DNA of 64,000 nucleotides from Rebecca billardiae RCC1528 (GCA_965240325.2 OZ251238.1:310001-374000), one strand, 5' to 3'. Counted from the first letter of the stretch, positions 1 to 12,300 are shown. Program-made: numbers and translations. Notes: generated by a model from the letters alone, not told the origin.

Positions 1-477
1 CGGCGGCGGGTGGATCGCCTTGACGAGCAGCTCGAGCGCCGCCGTCGCGAGCATGCGCCCGCCACCCGCGTGCGCGCCGCCCCAGAGCCGGCGCCACGAC
101 ACGTACTGCACGCGGTGGTAGAGCGTGGTCGCGAAGAGCAGCAGCACAGTCAGCGCGCTCACCGCGCACTGCCCGGCAAAGAGCGCGGCCGGATCGGGGT
201 CGAGGGCGGCCCACGCGTACTCGTTCAGCGCGAGCTGGACGGCGAGCCCGATGAACGAGAGCGAGACGCTCAGCCGGTTGCACAGCCGCAGCTGCACCAT
301 CGCGGCGACCGCGCGACGCCGGTTGGTGCGCGGCGGCTCGACCGTCCGCAGATTGGAGCGCACGCTCATCCGGCGGATGACGGACGAGGGGGTGCGGCTC
401 AGCGTCATCGAGGGGGTGCGGCTGAGCATTTGGTTCTCCCCCGAGCCCGGCTCGCCCAGGCCGCGCCGACTCGACAT
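1..477 (-). CDS. SK/KCNN-like Ca2+-activated K+ channel, N-terminal part (continues past the window start)
   Basis: Minus-strand frame from ATG 477, absent from the ORF track because it has no stop in the window. It reads MSSRRGLGE...LSVSLSFIGLAVQLALNEY...AVSALTVLLLFATTLYHRVQ...ALELLVKAIHPPP. The S1-S3 spacing and the YH and ELLVxAIHP motifs match KCNN (LEILVCAIHPIPG). Confidence 0.7.
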   Translation of the reverse strand, partial: MSSRRGLGEPGSGENQMLSRTPSMTLSRTPSSVIRRMSVRSNLRTVEPPRTNRRRAVAAMVQLRLCNRLSVSLSFIGLAVQLALNEYAWAALDPDPAALFAGQCAVSALTVLLLFATTLYHRVQYVSWRRLWGGAHAGGGRMLATAALELLVKAIHPPP

Positions 478-935
478 GCCGCTGCGCTTTGCACACCACC
501 GCCCCCCTCGAGCGCGATGGTGGCCAAACGCACGCCGGGCGTCGTGCCGTCTTTGGTAGCACCTGGTTCCCCAAAGATTCCCGATGACAGATGGACGGTT
601 CCGATCCCAGAAGCTGGGTAAAGCACGCGTATTAATTTGGGATGCCGTGACGATTTCCCTTTATTGTCGGGGTAATTGCTTTGAACGGCTATACCACTGC
701 CCTCGGTGCTCACTGCTCAGTGCTCACAACTGATGAATACGACAGACGATCAGGACTTCAGCTATCAATCATACGCACGCCCTCGTGCACACCTGTATTA
801 TCGTCCGGTGGATTTGCATTTGGCACCTTTTTGTCCGCGCTGCCGCTGCCCATGTAACCTCGGCAACGCGGTTCGCGGTGGTCGAGCGAGACCTAAGCTG
901 AGCTTAGAGCTCGGGGAAACAAACCGCGTCTCGAT

Positions 936-1040
936 ATAAGCCTATTTCTGCGAGCGTTACTCTCTCTAATTACCGCGCGTCCTGAACAGTCTGAATACGG
1001 AAAATCGTGAAGGCAAGTCGCCTTCGGCTGGGGACACCCG
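936..1040. repeat. Outer inverted repeat, left arm (partner 5216-5320)
   Basis: ATAAGCCTATTTCTGCGAGCG...GGGGACACCCG versus CGGGTGTCCCC...CGCTCGCAGAAATAGGCTTAT. Confidence 0.95.
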
Positions 1041-1576
1041 GTCTTAGTGGTGCTACGACGAGTGGCCATGTCTTCCAGCGCCTCGCGTTCGCGAGGCGTG
1101 CCCGAAACAGCTACACACTCACCGGTGCCCTGGGGCACCGGCGCAACCCGCATCCAACACTCCGCATATCGCAGACACGACATATCCACCCGCGCTTGCA
1201 CACGCACGCCCCCCCCCCCCGCCTGCTTGCTGACCATGAAAGGACTGGCCCCGGGTGCGGACGCCAAGCGCATGCTCATCCCGACACGACGGCGAACACC
1301 TGCGGTGTGCCTGTGCGGAGGCACTGGGGAGCGACACGCGGAGTGTGGGCCGCCCTCCTTCCTGAGCAGCGCCCGGCCCTCAGGTGGAGACCGCGCCCGT
1401 CCCGGCCTCCCCGCGGCGGCCGCGAGCCCCCCCCCCCCCCCCCTTTCCCCATCCTGCCCGTTTCGCGACAAACCCCTCTCCCCCCGAAACGCACGACGGG
1501 CCGCCGTGGTCCGGGGGACCGGCGGGGCCACTCCGGACCTGGGTTTTGAAATTTGATTTCAACCCCGCGCGCCGAA

Positions 1577-2776
1577 ATGCCTTTGGCACCAGCACCGACC
1601 TCGCTCGCACCGCAGTGCTTCCGCACCCGCCCCCCGGCCCTCCGCAGCCCCGCGCCCGCCACACCGGCCACCATGCCCCCTTACCAGCACGGCTTTTTCC
1701 GCGACCGTCTCAACAGCAGGAGCGCCTTGAGCTTCTTCCCCTCTTCCAACAACTTCGAGCGCGGGCTGCAGGTGGAACGGCCGAGCACCCCCACCGCCAG
1801 GCGGGATGCGGGCCAGCAGATGTGCACGACGATGATCAAGCTGAGCGCGCGCTGCCTGAGCGACGTGGCGCCCAACTCGCAAGGCGGGCGACTGCTCTCA
1901 GGACTCACCCAGGACCCCAAAGGCAATAAGCACGTTTTCTCCTTCACCGGCTCGGTGCTCGAGAACATGACCATCTGCCGCCGCCTGGCCACCAGCCTGT
2001 GCATGCCGAACATTCTCACGGCGTGCACCACGGAGCTCACGCAGGAGATGCTCGCGCTGTCGGCGGCCGACCTCGCAACCCAGGCGAAGGACGTGTCCCT
2101 CACGCTCCCGGTTAGCCCCACGATGACGCTCGTGCAGTTTCACAGGGCCCTCTACGAGCAGATCGTGCCCGACATCAACAAGTACGTGACCAACGGTGAG
2201 CACGTCGAGACCAACATCTACTCCGGCGGTGTGAACCTGATCTTCCTCCGCCTGCGTTTCATGCCCATCGACCCCGAGCACCCCATCTTCTTCGCGCCGC
2301 TCAAGCCGAGCCGCCGCATCGCCGGCGCCGCCCGCGTCCCACACAACCTGTGGGGCGTGCCGCCCGCGCCGCCTGTGCCGCCCGCGCCGCCCGCCGCTGC
2401 GCGCCGCCCTGCTCCTCAGCCGGCCGACCAACAGGCGGCGGACCCCGCCGGCCCGGAGGCGGAGGAGCCCGAGGGGGAGGGTTCGGACGATGCCATCCCG
2501 CCACCCCAGCCACCAACCGCGGCCGCGCCGTCGGACGGGCCCGAGGTGCAACAGGCCAGGCCGGCGCTCGGGGAGTCCAACTACCGCCTGGTCCTGCCCC
2601 CCGGCGCCGCGGCAGCCGGCAAGCGCGCGGCGACCGAGCCGTCCACGCCGGCGGAGGAGGATGGGCCCTCCTCCGCTGGCGGGAGCGACGCCAAGCCGGC
2701 CAAGCAGGCTCGCACCGCGTCCCTCGGCGACCCCCCCCGTGACCTGGCTGCCGCCGCGCCGCAGTCGCTGGCGTAG
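1577..2776 (+). CDS. Unknown protein inside the inverted-repeat element: globular core plus Pro/Ala/acidic tail
   Basis: ORF of about 400 aa with strong GC3 bias and a normal amino-acid mix in the core (…GNKHVFSFTGSVLENMTICRRL…YEQIVPDINKYVTNGEHVETNIYSGGVNLIFLRLRF…). No family recognised. The start could be ATG 1577 or 1673. Confidence 0.55.
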   Translation: MPLAPAPTSLAPQCFRTRPPALRSPAPATPATMPPYQHGFFRDRLNSRSALSFFPSSNNFERGLQVERPSTPTARRDAGQQMCTTMIKLSARCLSDVAPNSQGGRLLSGLTQDPKGNKHVFSFTGSVLENMTICRRLATSLCMPNILTACTTELTQEMLALSAADLATQAKDVSLTLPVSPTMTLVQFHRALYEQIVPDINKYVTNGEHVETNIYSGGVNLIFLRLRFMPIDPEHPIFFAPLKPSRRIAGAARVPHNLWGVPPAPPVPPAPPAAARRPAPQPADQQAADPAGPEAEEPEGEGSDDAIPPPQPPTAAAPSDGPEVQQARPALGESNYRLVLPPGAAAAGKRAATEPSTPAEEDGPSSAGGSDAKPAKQARTASLGDPPRDLAAAAPQSLA

Positions 2777-2836
2777 AGCCGCGCGCGGCGCTGGCGCGCC
2801 AGACGCGCCCGGTTGGGCAGCGCAGGCACCCTCAGC

Positions 2837-2956
2837 GGCCAGGACGACGACTTCCTCAACGGCAAGGGCGACGACTTCCTCTGCGGCCAGGGCGACGACT
2901 TCCTCAACGGCAAGGACGACGACTTCCTCAACGGCAAGGGCGACTACTCCCTCAAC
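2837..2956 (+). repeat. 24-bp tandem repeat, 5 copies (GGCMAGGRCGACGACTTCCTCAAC)
   Basis: Read directly. One frame gives GQDDDFLN-GKGDDFLC-GQGDDFLN-GKDDDFLN-GKGDYSLN. Confidence 0.9.
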
Positions 2957-3248
2957 TCGGCAAGGCCACTAGGCCGCGCACACCGGCCCGGGCGACCACA
3001 TCCACTACCTGCACTACGGCATCAACTTGAACAGCCTCGGACGACGACGACACGGGCAACTACATGATGACCAAGGCCGACGACGACTGCAAAACAGCGG
3101 CATCCCCGGGCGCCTACTACCTCAGTGACCGTGTGATCAGCATCGGTTACGACGACTCCCTCACCCGCGGCCAACGCGCTCCGACATCCTCCATTAACTC
3201 CATTCAGTACTTCGACAGACGAATCAGGAGAGCTGCGCCCTCGTGCCT

Positions 3249-3632
3249 GTGTCTTTAAATCATAGAATTGGTCCGCAGTGGCCGAGCCCGTGGCAGCCAT
3301 GGACAGCTCGCACGGGCGCCGCGGCGTGAGGTCCTGCGGCCGTGGCGGTGCCTATAGCAGGCGGCGCGGTGCTCGCGCGGCTGCAAAGGCGTGATGTACT
3401 CCACTCTGCGCTGCGCGCCTGCCCGCCCTCGTCACCTCCTTCGCGCCTGAGGCTGGCGCGCACACGCGCGCCGCGCCGCTCGTGCGAGCAGTGGCCGTGC
3501 CGCTTGTGGACGAGAGCTTGCACCCGCGCACGACGAGGTCGGTGCGGAGCGCGAGCAGACATGCAGTGGGCCGTTTGCGTGCCCTACGCTCGCCGTGCAA
3601 CATCACGCCTTGCGCGTGCGCACAGTCAGCGA
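3249..3632. repeat. Inner inverted repeat, left arm (partner 4833-5216)
   Basis: GTGTCTTTAAATCATAGAATTGGTCC... versus ...GGACCAATTCTATGATTTAAAGACAC. The ORF track shows identical mirrored peptides at 3260..3562(-) and 4903..5205(+). Confidence 0.95.
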
Positions 3633-4832
3633 TCTCAGCGCAGGCCGTTGAGTGCATGCGTACCGCAGGCGCGTGAGATCTGGTCGGCTCAGCGTGTAGG
3701 CTGCCGTTGTGGGAGACATCAGCATTGCGAGTGCGCTGGGACACTGCTAGTACGCGTGTTCGCACACTGACGTGAGCCCGCACACGCATCCAAATTGAGT
3801 GAAGACTGGGCCCCGTGCACACTGCGGTACAGGCACGGCAGCGTGACATCACATCACGTAACGTCATGTCATGACGTCATGACATGACGCTAGGAATGGC
3901 GTCACGTGACGGCCGGGCAGTGCTCTGCCCACGCCTGGCACACCCGGACCCACGTAGTCAGTGCACGCGGGGCTGACCGCGGCGGCGCGGCGCGGCGAGT
4001 GGCGGGACGCACCGGCGCCGCTGCCCGCCCCTGCTGATGCCGGGCCCGCCGCCCCGGGCTCATGAGAGAGCGGCTACTATCAGCGGGAGTCGATGCGGAT
4101 GGCTACAACAGCACCAGTGCTTCCCGTAGCAGCGGCACGCCAGCCCCCGCCGGACCAACACCGGTAGCACAGTCCGTGCACGTTACGTCTGTTACTTGGC
4201 GACCCGGCCTCCGTGCCGCCGCCGGGCGTGCACGGCATGTCGTGACATAAAGGCTTCGTGAACCGATATGTAACCGACGAAACGGTCCCCACAAGAGTGT
4301 GTGTCGGCATAACGCGTAAATAATTGCGCGTAAAACGCGTTACGTCATGACGTGACGACAGAAGAACTGCACGGGCATGACGCGTAGTGGGGCGCCCAGC
4401 TCGTTGGCTGTGCCGCTCAAGTTGCCAAGGGGTGAGGCAGTCTGGGACGAGGGCTGGCTGCACGTATTCAACACCTTTCCAAGGCATGGTGCGGCATGTA
4501 CACCAGTAGCGTGGGGCGTCCATTGCAAACCAGTCGACTTCTTCTTCTATAAGTACCAGGTCCAGGGCGGAGACCGCTCTCGCCGCCTGCAGAGACTCAG
4601 CAGGCGCGCCGGCGGTGCGTAGCGCAGGCGTAGTCGCTGCTACGTAGTAGAACTGAAGGTTTCCAAGCGGCCCGATCACGCGCATCAGCCGCCCGTGACC
4701 ACGGTGATCTACGTACATACATTTCCAACATTGCCACACACATGCCCGCCAGAGTCACAGGCTTATCCTTGTCTCATCAGTCGCGGTTTCACCGACTCAG
4801 CCGACAACTGTTGAATGACTTTCTGTGGTCGG

Positions 4833-5320
4833 TCGCTGGCTGTGCGCACGCGCAAGGCGTGATGTTGCACGGCGAGCGTAGGGCACGCAAACGGCCCACT
4901 GCATGTCTGCTCGCGCTCCGCACCGACCTCGTCGTGCGCGGGTGCAAGCTCTCGTCCACAAGCGGCACGGCCACTGCTCGCACGAGCGGCGCGGCGCGCG
5001 TGTGCGCGCCAGCCTCAGGCGCGAAGGAGGTGACAAGGGCGGGCAGGCGCGCAGCGCAGAGTGGAGTACATCACGCCTTTGCAGCCGCGCGAGCACCGCG
5101 CCGCCTGCTATAGGCACCGCCACGGCCGCAGGACCTCACGCCGCGGCGTCCGTGCGAGCTGTCCATGGCTGCCACGGGCTCGGCCACTGCGGACCAATTC
5201 TATGATTTAAAGACACGGGTGTCCCCAGCCGAAGGCGACTTGCCTTCACGATTTTCCGTATTCAGACTGTTCAGGACGCGCGGTAATTAGAGAGAGTAAC
5301 GCTCGCAGAAATAGGCTTAT
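4833..5320. repeat. Right arms of the inner and outer inverted repeats, contiguous
   Basis: 4833-5216 pairs with 3249-3632 and 5216-5320 pairs with 936-1040. Confidence 0.95.
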
Positions 5321-6344
5321 CTGCTCCCGTTCGGTAGTTATGGCCGAAAACGTGGTGCCTTGTCATTTTTGGGCCCTGTTTCCCAGTGGTTTCACTGTGA
5401 AATGGCGGAGGTCATATCTCACGAACCACAGACCGTAGCAAGCTCGGGATTGTTTTGCCGCGTTCCTAGGTGAGCTTAGAAGAAGCACGAACAAGTTTGA
5501 GCGCCGTATCTACTTGCGCTCGGTCGCGGCGGCCAAGAAGGTGTTCTGGGAGAGCCAGGTGTGCCAAATGCAAATCCACCGGACGATATATTTAAATCAT
5601 AGAATTTGTATGGGGGTAACACGGTCATCGATCACTACTATGATGATAAAACCCGATGAACATGATGGCGGACGTCTGGCGCCCGCGTGTGTACATCAGC
5701 TCCTGCCGAGCTCAGAATCTGCCTGCGCGCGTTTGGCGGCAGCGAACGTGTGGGCCAGCATGTACGCTTGGCAGCCCACGACGACGAGATCGGTAGCAAT
5801 GAGGACGTAAACCACGACACGGCCTGCGAAGCCGTGCACGCCCAGCCACGCGAGGTTGATGACGAGGAAGATGGCTGCACTCGCAAGCGCGATCGCGCCG
5901 ATGGCAAATGGCTGCGAGAGCAGGCCCGCCGACGGGCCGTTCAGGAGCTGGAGGTGGCAGAAGGCACTGTTGAGGAGGACCACGAAGCTCGCGATGAGCC
6001 GCCACTCGAAGCTGCGGCACGCACATGTTATTGGCGGAAGCGTGGGTCGGGGTGAGCGGCCGCAGGACGGGGAAACGCGCGCGCACATGCCTGGCCGCAC
6101 CCTGTCGTCACAAGGTGGATCACCCAGTCGAACACTTGCACGAGGATGAGAAAGATGGTCAGTAGCGCGAGCGATTTCCAGGACGTCATTCCGTCAGCGC
6201 GTCGATCGGCGCCGTCCGGTGCTCACGGGACACGGCTGACTGACGGCCCACGGCTCACGGCTCACGCCCGCGTCGTTACACGGCCAGCGGCAACAGCCCG
6301 CTGCCCGCAGCCCGGACGGCTTTTTCGGGTGCCAGGGCGAAACG

Positions 6345-9300
6345 ATGGCTGGTCGTGGTGGCACGCGCAAGGCGCGTAACGTGGACGCGCAGCTCGTGCA
6401 GGAGATCCTCGCGTCGCGCGAGCCCGTGCCAGGTGCGCACGCGGACGTATACCTGCCGCGACCCCCGCCGCGCGCCTCGCTCGCCGGCTCACGCCGCCGC
6501 GCGCGCGCCGGCCGCCTCCGCCCCCGCAGGCATCGCGACCGACGTGACCAGGCGCGCGGCGAGGCGCGCGCGCGGGCACCCGCACAGGGTGGCGGGCTCG
6601 CGCTCGGCCTCGCCGACGCGCCGCTCCATCATCGGGGCGCCGCGCATCCGTCCGTACGCCACGCCCACGCTGCACGCGTACGTCTCAGCGCTGCCGCCCA
6701 GCCCAAGCGAGCGGCGGCCATGGCCGACGAGCGAGCAGGGCAGGGGCCCTCCCGCCGGCCTGCTCGGCGCGCACGGCAGCCCGTCGCTCGGCGCCGATGG
6801 CGGGCCCTGGGCCCAGATCGAGTACCGCGCCGACGGCTCCGTCCTCAGCCCGCGCTCGGCGGGCGTGCGGCTGCCGCCTCTGGCCTCCGAGCTGTCTGCA
6901 GCGGCGGCAGGCGAGTCTTCTCAGCCGCCCTCGGCCGTGGCGGAGGGCGCGCCGGCGTCCGCGCGCCTGGGCTCGGCCGGCGGTGCCTTCGCCCCCTCGT
7001 CCGAGCCGGGCCGCCCGGCCGGCGACGCGGAGGCCGACGCAGCCCTCGGCGACGACGACGACGAGCGCGCGCGCCGCGGCGGCGCGGAAGGCGCGCGCGG
7101 CGGCGCGCACGGCGGCCAGTACGACGATGAGCGCGGGAGCCTCGGGAGCGACAGCCAGGTGGAGCAGCACGCGGCGCCGGAGCAGCTCGAGTTCTTCACC
7201 GAGATGACCGCCCACGGCCGCCGGCTGCGCGAGCCCATCGCGCTGCCGCCGTTCTGGGTGCGCGGCCGTGCGGCGCGCGCGCGCCCCGCGGCGCGCGACG
7301 CCAGCGCGGCGCGTCTCCCCCGGTCGCCGCGCCGCGCAGCCGCGCCGCCGCGCGCGCGCGTGCTCACGCGCGCGCGCTCGCGGCCGCGCGCCCGCAGGTG
7401 CGGTACGGCGACGTGCACACGCACCTCGCGCTTGCGCTCGGCGCGCACGCCGAGCTCGTCGAGCGGCTCAAGGCCTTCCTCGTCATGTCGGCGCACGTGC
7501 GCGCGTCGCTGCCTTCGGACGGCGGCCTGAGCGCCAACCGGCACGGGACCGCGCGCGCGGCGGCGCTGCGCCGCGTGCTCGCGCCGGGGTCGGGCCGCGC
7601 GACGATCGGCTCGATGCTGCAGTCCGCCGCGGACGCCGAGCGCCAGGCCAAGCTCGCCGCGCGCCCGCCCTGGTCCTCCACCTCGCTCTCGCTGCCCGTG
7701 GTGGCGCACGCAGACACGCGGAGCGCGCGCGAGGCGCAGCTGGCCAAGCTGCTGCGCGCGCTGCGCTGCTCGCTCGCGTACGCGTGCGAGGCGGTGTCGT
7801 CCGACGCGTTCCCGCGGCAGCGGCGGGACGAGGTGGTGGTGCGGCTGCTGCTGCAGCTCGCGTGGCTCCCGCTGCCCCTCGCGCTCGACCCGCTCCTGCT
7901 GCGCTGGTACACCGAGCCGCACCGCAGCTGCTGGCTGTCCACGCGTCCGACCATCGGCGCGGGCGCGAGCGCGGGCGTGCAGCCGCCCGCGCTCGAGCCG
8001 GCGCGCGTGCACAAGCCGGCGGAGCTGATGCGCTTCCGGCTGGCCGAGTGGACCATCAAGGCCGCGCAGGACTCGCGCGGCGGCGTCGAGGCCTCCGACC
8101 GCGCCTTCCGCGTGCACGAGGTGCTGGCGCGCAAGGCGCAGCGCGCGTCGGACGCGGCGCGCGCGCGGCAGTCGATGGCGCCCGCCTCGCCCGGCGGGCC
8201 GCTGCGCCGCGCGGCGAGCGCGGGGCGCTCGTTCTCGGGCGTGGGCGGCGGGCAGCCCATCGGCGCCGCCGCCGCCGCCGCCGCCTCCGGCTCGCGCACC
8301 GCCATCGTGCACGCCGACAGCCGCCAGCGCGTGATCGAGGTCCGGCTATATCAGGAGGCCGAGCTCTTGCTCTATGGCGGGCGCGGCCGGTACGCGCGCG
8401 CGTACGCCAACCTGCAGCAGTGGCGCGCGCTGCACGAGGTGCCGCACCAGAAGGACGTGAAGCTGATGCACGGCGAGAAGCGCGCGGGCGTCACCATCCA
8501 GCGCGCCTTCCGCTACCACCTGCGCATCCGCATGCACGGCGCCGCCGTCACCTTCCAGCGCGCGTGGCGCCGCCACCTGCTCAAGAAGGAGAAGAAGCGA
8601 GAGGCGCTGCTCGCCGAGCTGCAGGCGATCCGGCGGCGGCTGCTGCGCTCGGCGCTCTCGACGGAGCAGATCTTCCAGCGCCTGCGCGCCAACTACTCCG
8701 CGCGCAAGATCTGGAACTGGACCCAGTCCGAGCGCTACCACGCCGCGCGCGCGCGCCGTCGCAAGGCGCTGCGCACGATCCAGCAGTACGTGAAGCGCGC
8801 GCTCGTGCGCGGGGTCATCCAGCGCGAGCTCAAGCGGATCGAGCTGCGGCGGATGCAGGTGCAGGGCTTCGCGGAGAAGGACGCGGCGGAGGCGATCGAG
8901 CGCGCGTACGTGCGCTTCCTCGCCGCGCAGCAGGCGAAGGCCGCTCTGTGCGCGCGCGCCGCGCCGCGCGCGCCGCGCGCTCGCGGCAGACGCGGCTCGC
9001 GACAGACGCGCGCCACGCACGCGCGCGCGCGCTCAGCCGTGGCACCCCCTCCCCTTCCCCTTCCGCCCACGCGCGCGCGCGCAAACGCGCACCCTGCCGC
9101 GCTCGGGCTGTGCAGGTACGAGCAGCTGTGCTCGCGCGCGGCGCTGCTCGCCGCCGTCGCGGACGACGAGCTCATGATCGACTCGCGGCGCGCGGACGGC
9201 GGCGGCGGCGCGGGCGGCGGCGCCGCCGCGGCGCGCGCGCCGCCCGCGCCCTCGTCCACGCCGTCGTCCGACATCAAGCTGGCGAGCGGGCCCGGCGCGG

Positions 9301-12300
9301 CGGCGCGGATGCTCGCCGAGCCCTCCGTCGTCGACGCCGACGGCGTGAACGTCGTCATCGCCGTCGCCGCCTCCGTCGCCGCGCGGCTCTCGGCTGGCGT
9401 GGCCGACGGCAGCGGCAGCCTGCTCGGCGCGCTCGAGGAAGTGCTGCGCGTGCAGGGGCGCGCGGCGTCGGCGCAGGCGGAGGCGCAGCTCGGGCGCGTG
9501 CCGCAGACGTTCGCGGCGTTCGTCGCGGCCGAGCGCGCCGAGGCGGCGCTCGACGTGAGCGCCGTGAGCTCCGCCGCCGCCGCCGCCGCCCCCGAGCTCG
9601 CCGCCTCAGCGGGCGCGGCCCTCGCGGAAGCCGGCAGCGCGGGCGCCGAGGCGGCGGCCGCGGCCGCGGCCAACCTCGCGCCCGCGCTCGCGTCGGCGGG
9701 CGAGCAGGAGAGCGAGGCGGCGTCGATGATCCAGCGCTTCGCGCGCGGCCGGCACGTGCGCGCGCTCATGTCCGCCTCCTCGCCGTGGCAGCTCGGCACC
9801 TCGCTCACCGCGGAGGGCGCGCTCGAGGCGGCGGCGGGCGCGGCCGCGGGCGCGGTGCACGCGCGCGCGGCCGCGGCCGCGCGCGAGGCCGCGGCGGCGG
9901 CGATCGAGGACGCGACGCGGCGCGGGCTCGCGCCGCGGCGCGCGGGTGCCGTCGCGTCGGCGGTCGCCGAGGCGCGCGCCGCCGCCGCCGCGCTCCTCGC
10001 CGCGCACCGCGAGCAGCTGAACGCGCGCGCGCGCGCGCACGCGCTCCGCGCATCGTCGGCGCAGCTGCGCTCGCTCGAAGCCGCATTCCCGACCGTCACG
10101 CTGTTCGGCGGCGTGGGCGGGCACTTCGCGGCGGAGGCGGAGATGATCGGGCGGACGCACGAGCGCGCGGCCGCGGCGCGCGTCGCCGCCGCCGAGCGCC
10201 GCGCGCACGACGCCGCCGTCGCGCAGCAGGCCGCCGACCTACTCGCGCGCGCGCCGCCCAGCCTGGCGCCCGCCGAGTGGCGTGCGCGCGCCAAGCGCGC
10301 GCACGCGCGCGCGGACGAGGCGGACGAGGCGGCGCGCGGCGCGGCGGAGGCGCTGTGCGCGTGGCGCGCGTCGCGGCTGATCACCGCGCTCGCCCAGTCC
10401 GTGCGCGCCCGCCTCGTCGCCTCCTCCTCCGCCCTGCTCGAGGTGGCGCGCGTGGACGTGCTCAAGCCCTCCTTCCAGGCCGCGGACAAGCCCAAGGTGG
10501 TCGCGGCGAGGGCGCGCGCCGAGCTCGCGCAGGCGGCGCTGGGCTTCGCCGAGGCGATCGAGCAGTTCGGCGGGCTGAAGCCGGAGGCGGGGGAGCTCGA
10601 GCTCGAGATCGCCGTGCCCAACCCGCCCGACGCCGGCGGCGCCGCCCCCGCCGCCGCCTCGCTCGACTTTGGCGCGAGGCCGCTCAGTGAGATGCTGCTG
10701 GAGGAGCTGCGAGGCTGGTACAACGTCCCCGAGCCCTTCTCGCTGCGGGTCCTCTCGTCCGCGCCGCACAGCCCGGCCGCGAGCCACGTCGGCGGCGCGC
10801 AGAGCGCCTCGCTCCACCGCGTCCGGCTCAAGATCCCCATCGCGCTCAACAAGCGCAACAAGCTCGACGACGAGTACGTGGCCGAGTGGGACGCGCGCGT
10901 GGGCGCGCTCGCCGCGTCGCTGGGCGCGGACGTTGGCGAGTTCGGGGGGCAGCCCAAGGCGGCGCGGCTGCAGAGCGTGGGGATGCAGCTCGAGCTGCCG
11001 GCGGGGGCGTACGTGGACCTGCGCGTGCTCGCGCTCGAGCCGCCCGCGCTCGTCGTCGGCGAGGAGCCCTCCCTCGACGAGCGCGAGGCGGACGCGGCCG
11101 CGCGCGTGAAGGCGGCCGAGATGGCGAGCGCACGGCTCGGCGCCGACGGCAGCGCGCGCGGCCGCATGCCCACGCGCACGCACCACTGGCTGCGCGGCGC
11201 GCTGACGTTCCTGCGGCACCAGCGCTCGCTCGCGACGTCGGGCGGCGTGGCGCTCGGCGCGCTCGACGACGACGCCTTCAAGGCCGCCCTCGCCGCGGGC
11301 GGCTCCTCGGACGCGGCCGTGGCCAACGGCGCGCGCCGGCTCAGCCAGCCGTCCGCCGCATTCCTGTCCAACCGCGTGCGCTGGTCGCTCATCCGCTCCA
11401 AGGCGTCGGGCGCGCCGACGGAGCGCGAGCTGCGCCGCGCGAAGGCGGACCGGAGGCAGGTGTACCTCTCGCTCGTGCAGGCGCGCGCGCAGCGCCTCGT
11501 CATCGAGCGCCTCCGCTTCGGCACCCTGGCTGTGCTGCGAACGCGCGGCGGCACCGTGCCGGGGACGGACGGAGTGCCGATCGACGTGTGGTGAGCGCGT
11601 CTGCACGCGCAGAGGGGCGCCCCCGCCCCGCGAGCGCGTTGTGCGTGCGCGTGCGCGCGCCGCGCCGCCCTTTTCACACGCGCGTGCACGCCCCGCCCCG
11701 CCCCCGCCGCCGCCCTTCCTTCCAGGTGGAACCTCTTCCCGGGCCGAGCGCCGCCGCGTCCGGGCGAGCCGCACTACGCGCCCGAGCTGGGCAAGGGCGC
11801 GCAGCTCGACCTGTGGTCGGCGCTGCAGGGCGTGAAGGCGAACGAGCCGTGGGTGCACTCGAGCCGGCGGAAGCGCGCGGGGCAGCGCGAGTGGGAGGCC
11901 GCCGTGATGACCGAGCTCAAGGCCGAGCTCGAGCGCACGCACGCGGACGCGAGCGCTGCGGTCGAGGCGTCTTCGGCCGCGCTGCAGCAGACGAAGGCGG
12001 CGCGCCGCCGCGCGTACGAGGTGGGCGCCGGCACGCACATGCTCAACCTCGAGCTGCAGCTGGAGGAGGTGACGCGGCGGCCGCCCAAGCCGGCGGGGAA
12101 GCCCGCCGACCTGGGGTACAGGTGCGCCGCACCGCAGAGCGCGAGGCGCGGCGCGGCGCCGCGCCGCGCGCCGCGCTCTGCTCAGCCACCCTCGCCGCCC
12201 GCCCCGCGGCGCGCGCGCCCGCCGCCCGCACCCCCGCCCGCCGCCCGCCCGCCCGCCCGCGCGTGGTGTGTGCTCGTGCTGCCCCCGCCGCTGCTCCCGC

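Larger units (their letters stand above)
936..5320. mobile_element. Composite inverted-repeat (TIR/foldback-type) element of about 4.4 kb, no recognisable transposase
   Basis: 936-1040 is the reverse complement of 5216-5320 (105 bp). 3249-3632 is the reverse complement of 4833-5216 (about 384 bp, a few mismatches). A possible TA target duplication lies at 937-938 and 5318-5319. Confidence 0.75.

Noticed and set aside
4080-4739. 219-aa minus ORF in the loop of the inverted-repeat element as a transposase
   Set aside because: No DDE, THAP or YR motifs are recognisable and codon bias is weak. It is left unannotated.
936-5320. Polinton/Maverick or virophage
   Set aside because: AG…CT ends are possible, but there is no 6-bp TSD and no pPolB, integrase or capsid, and the element is far too short.
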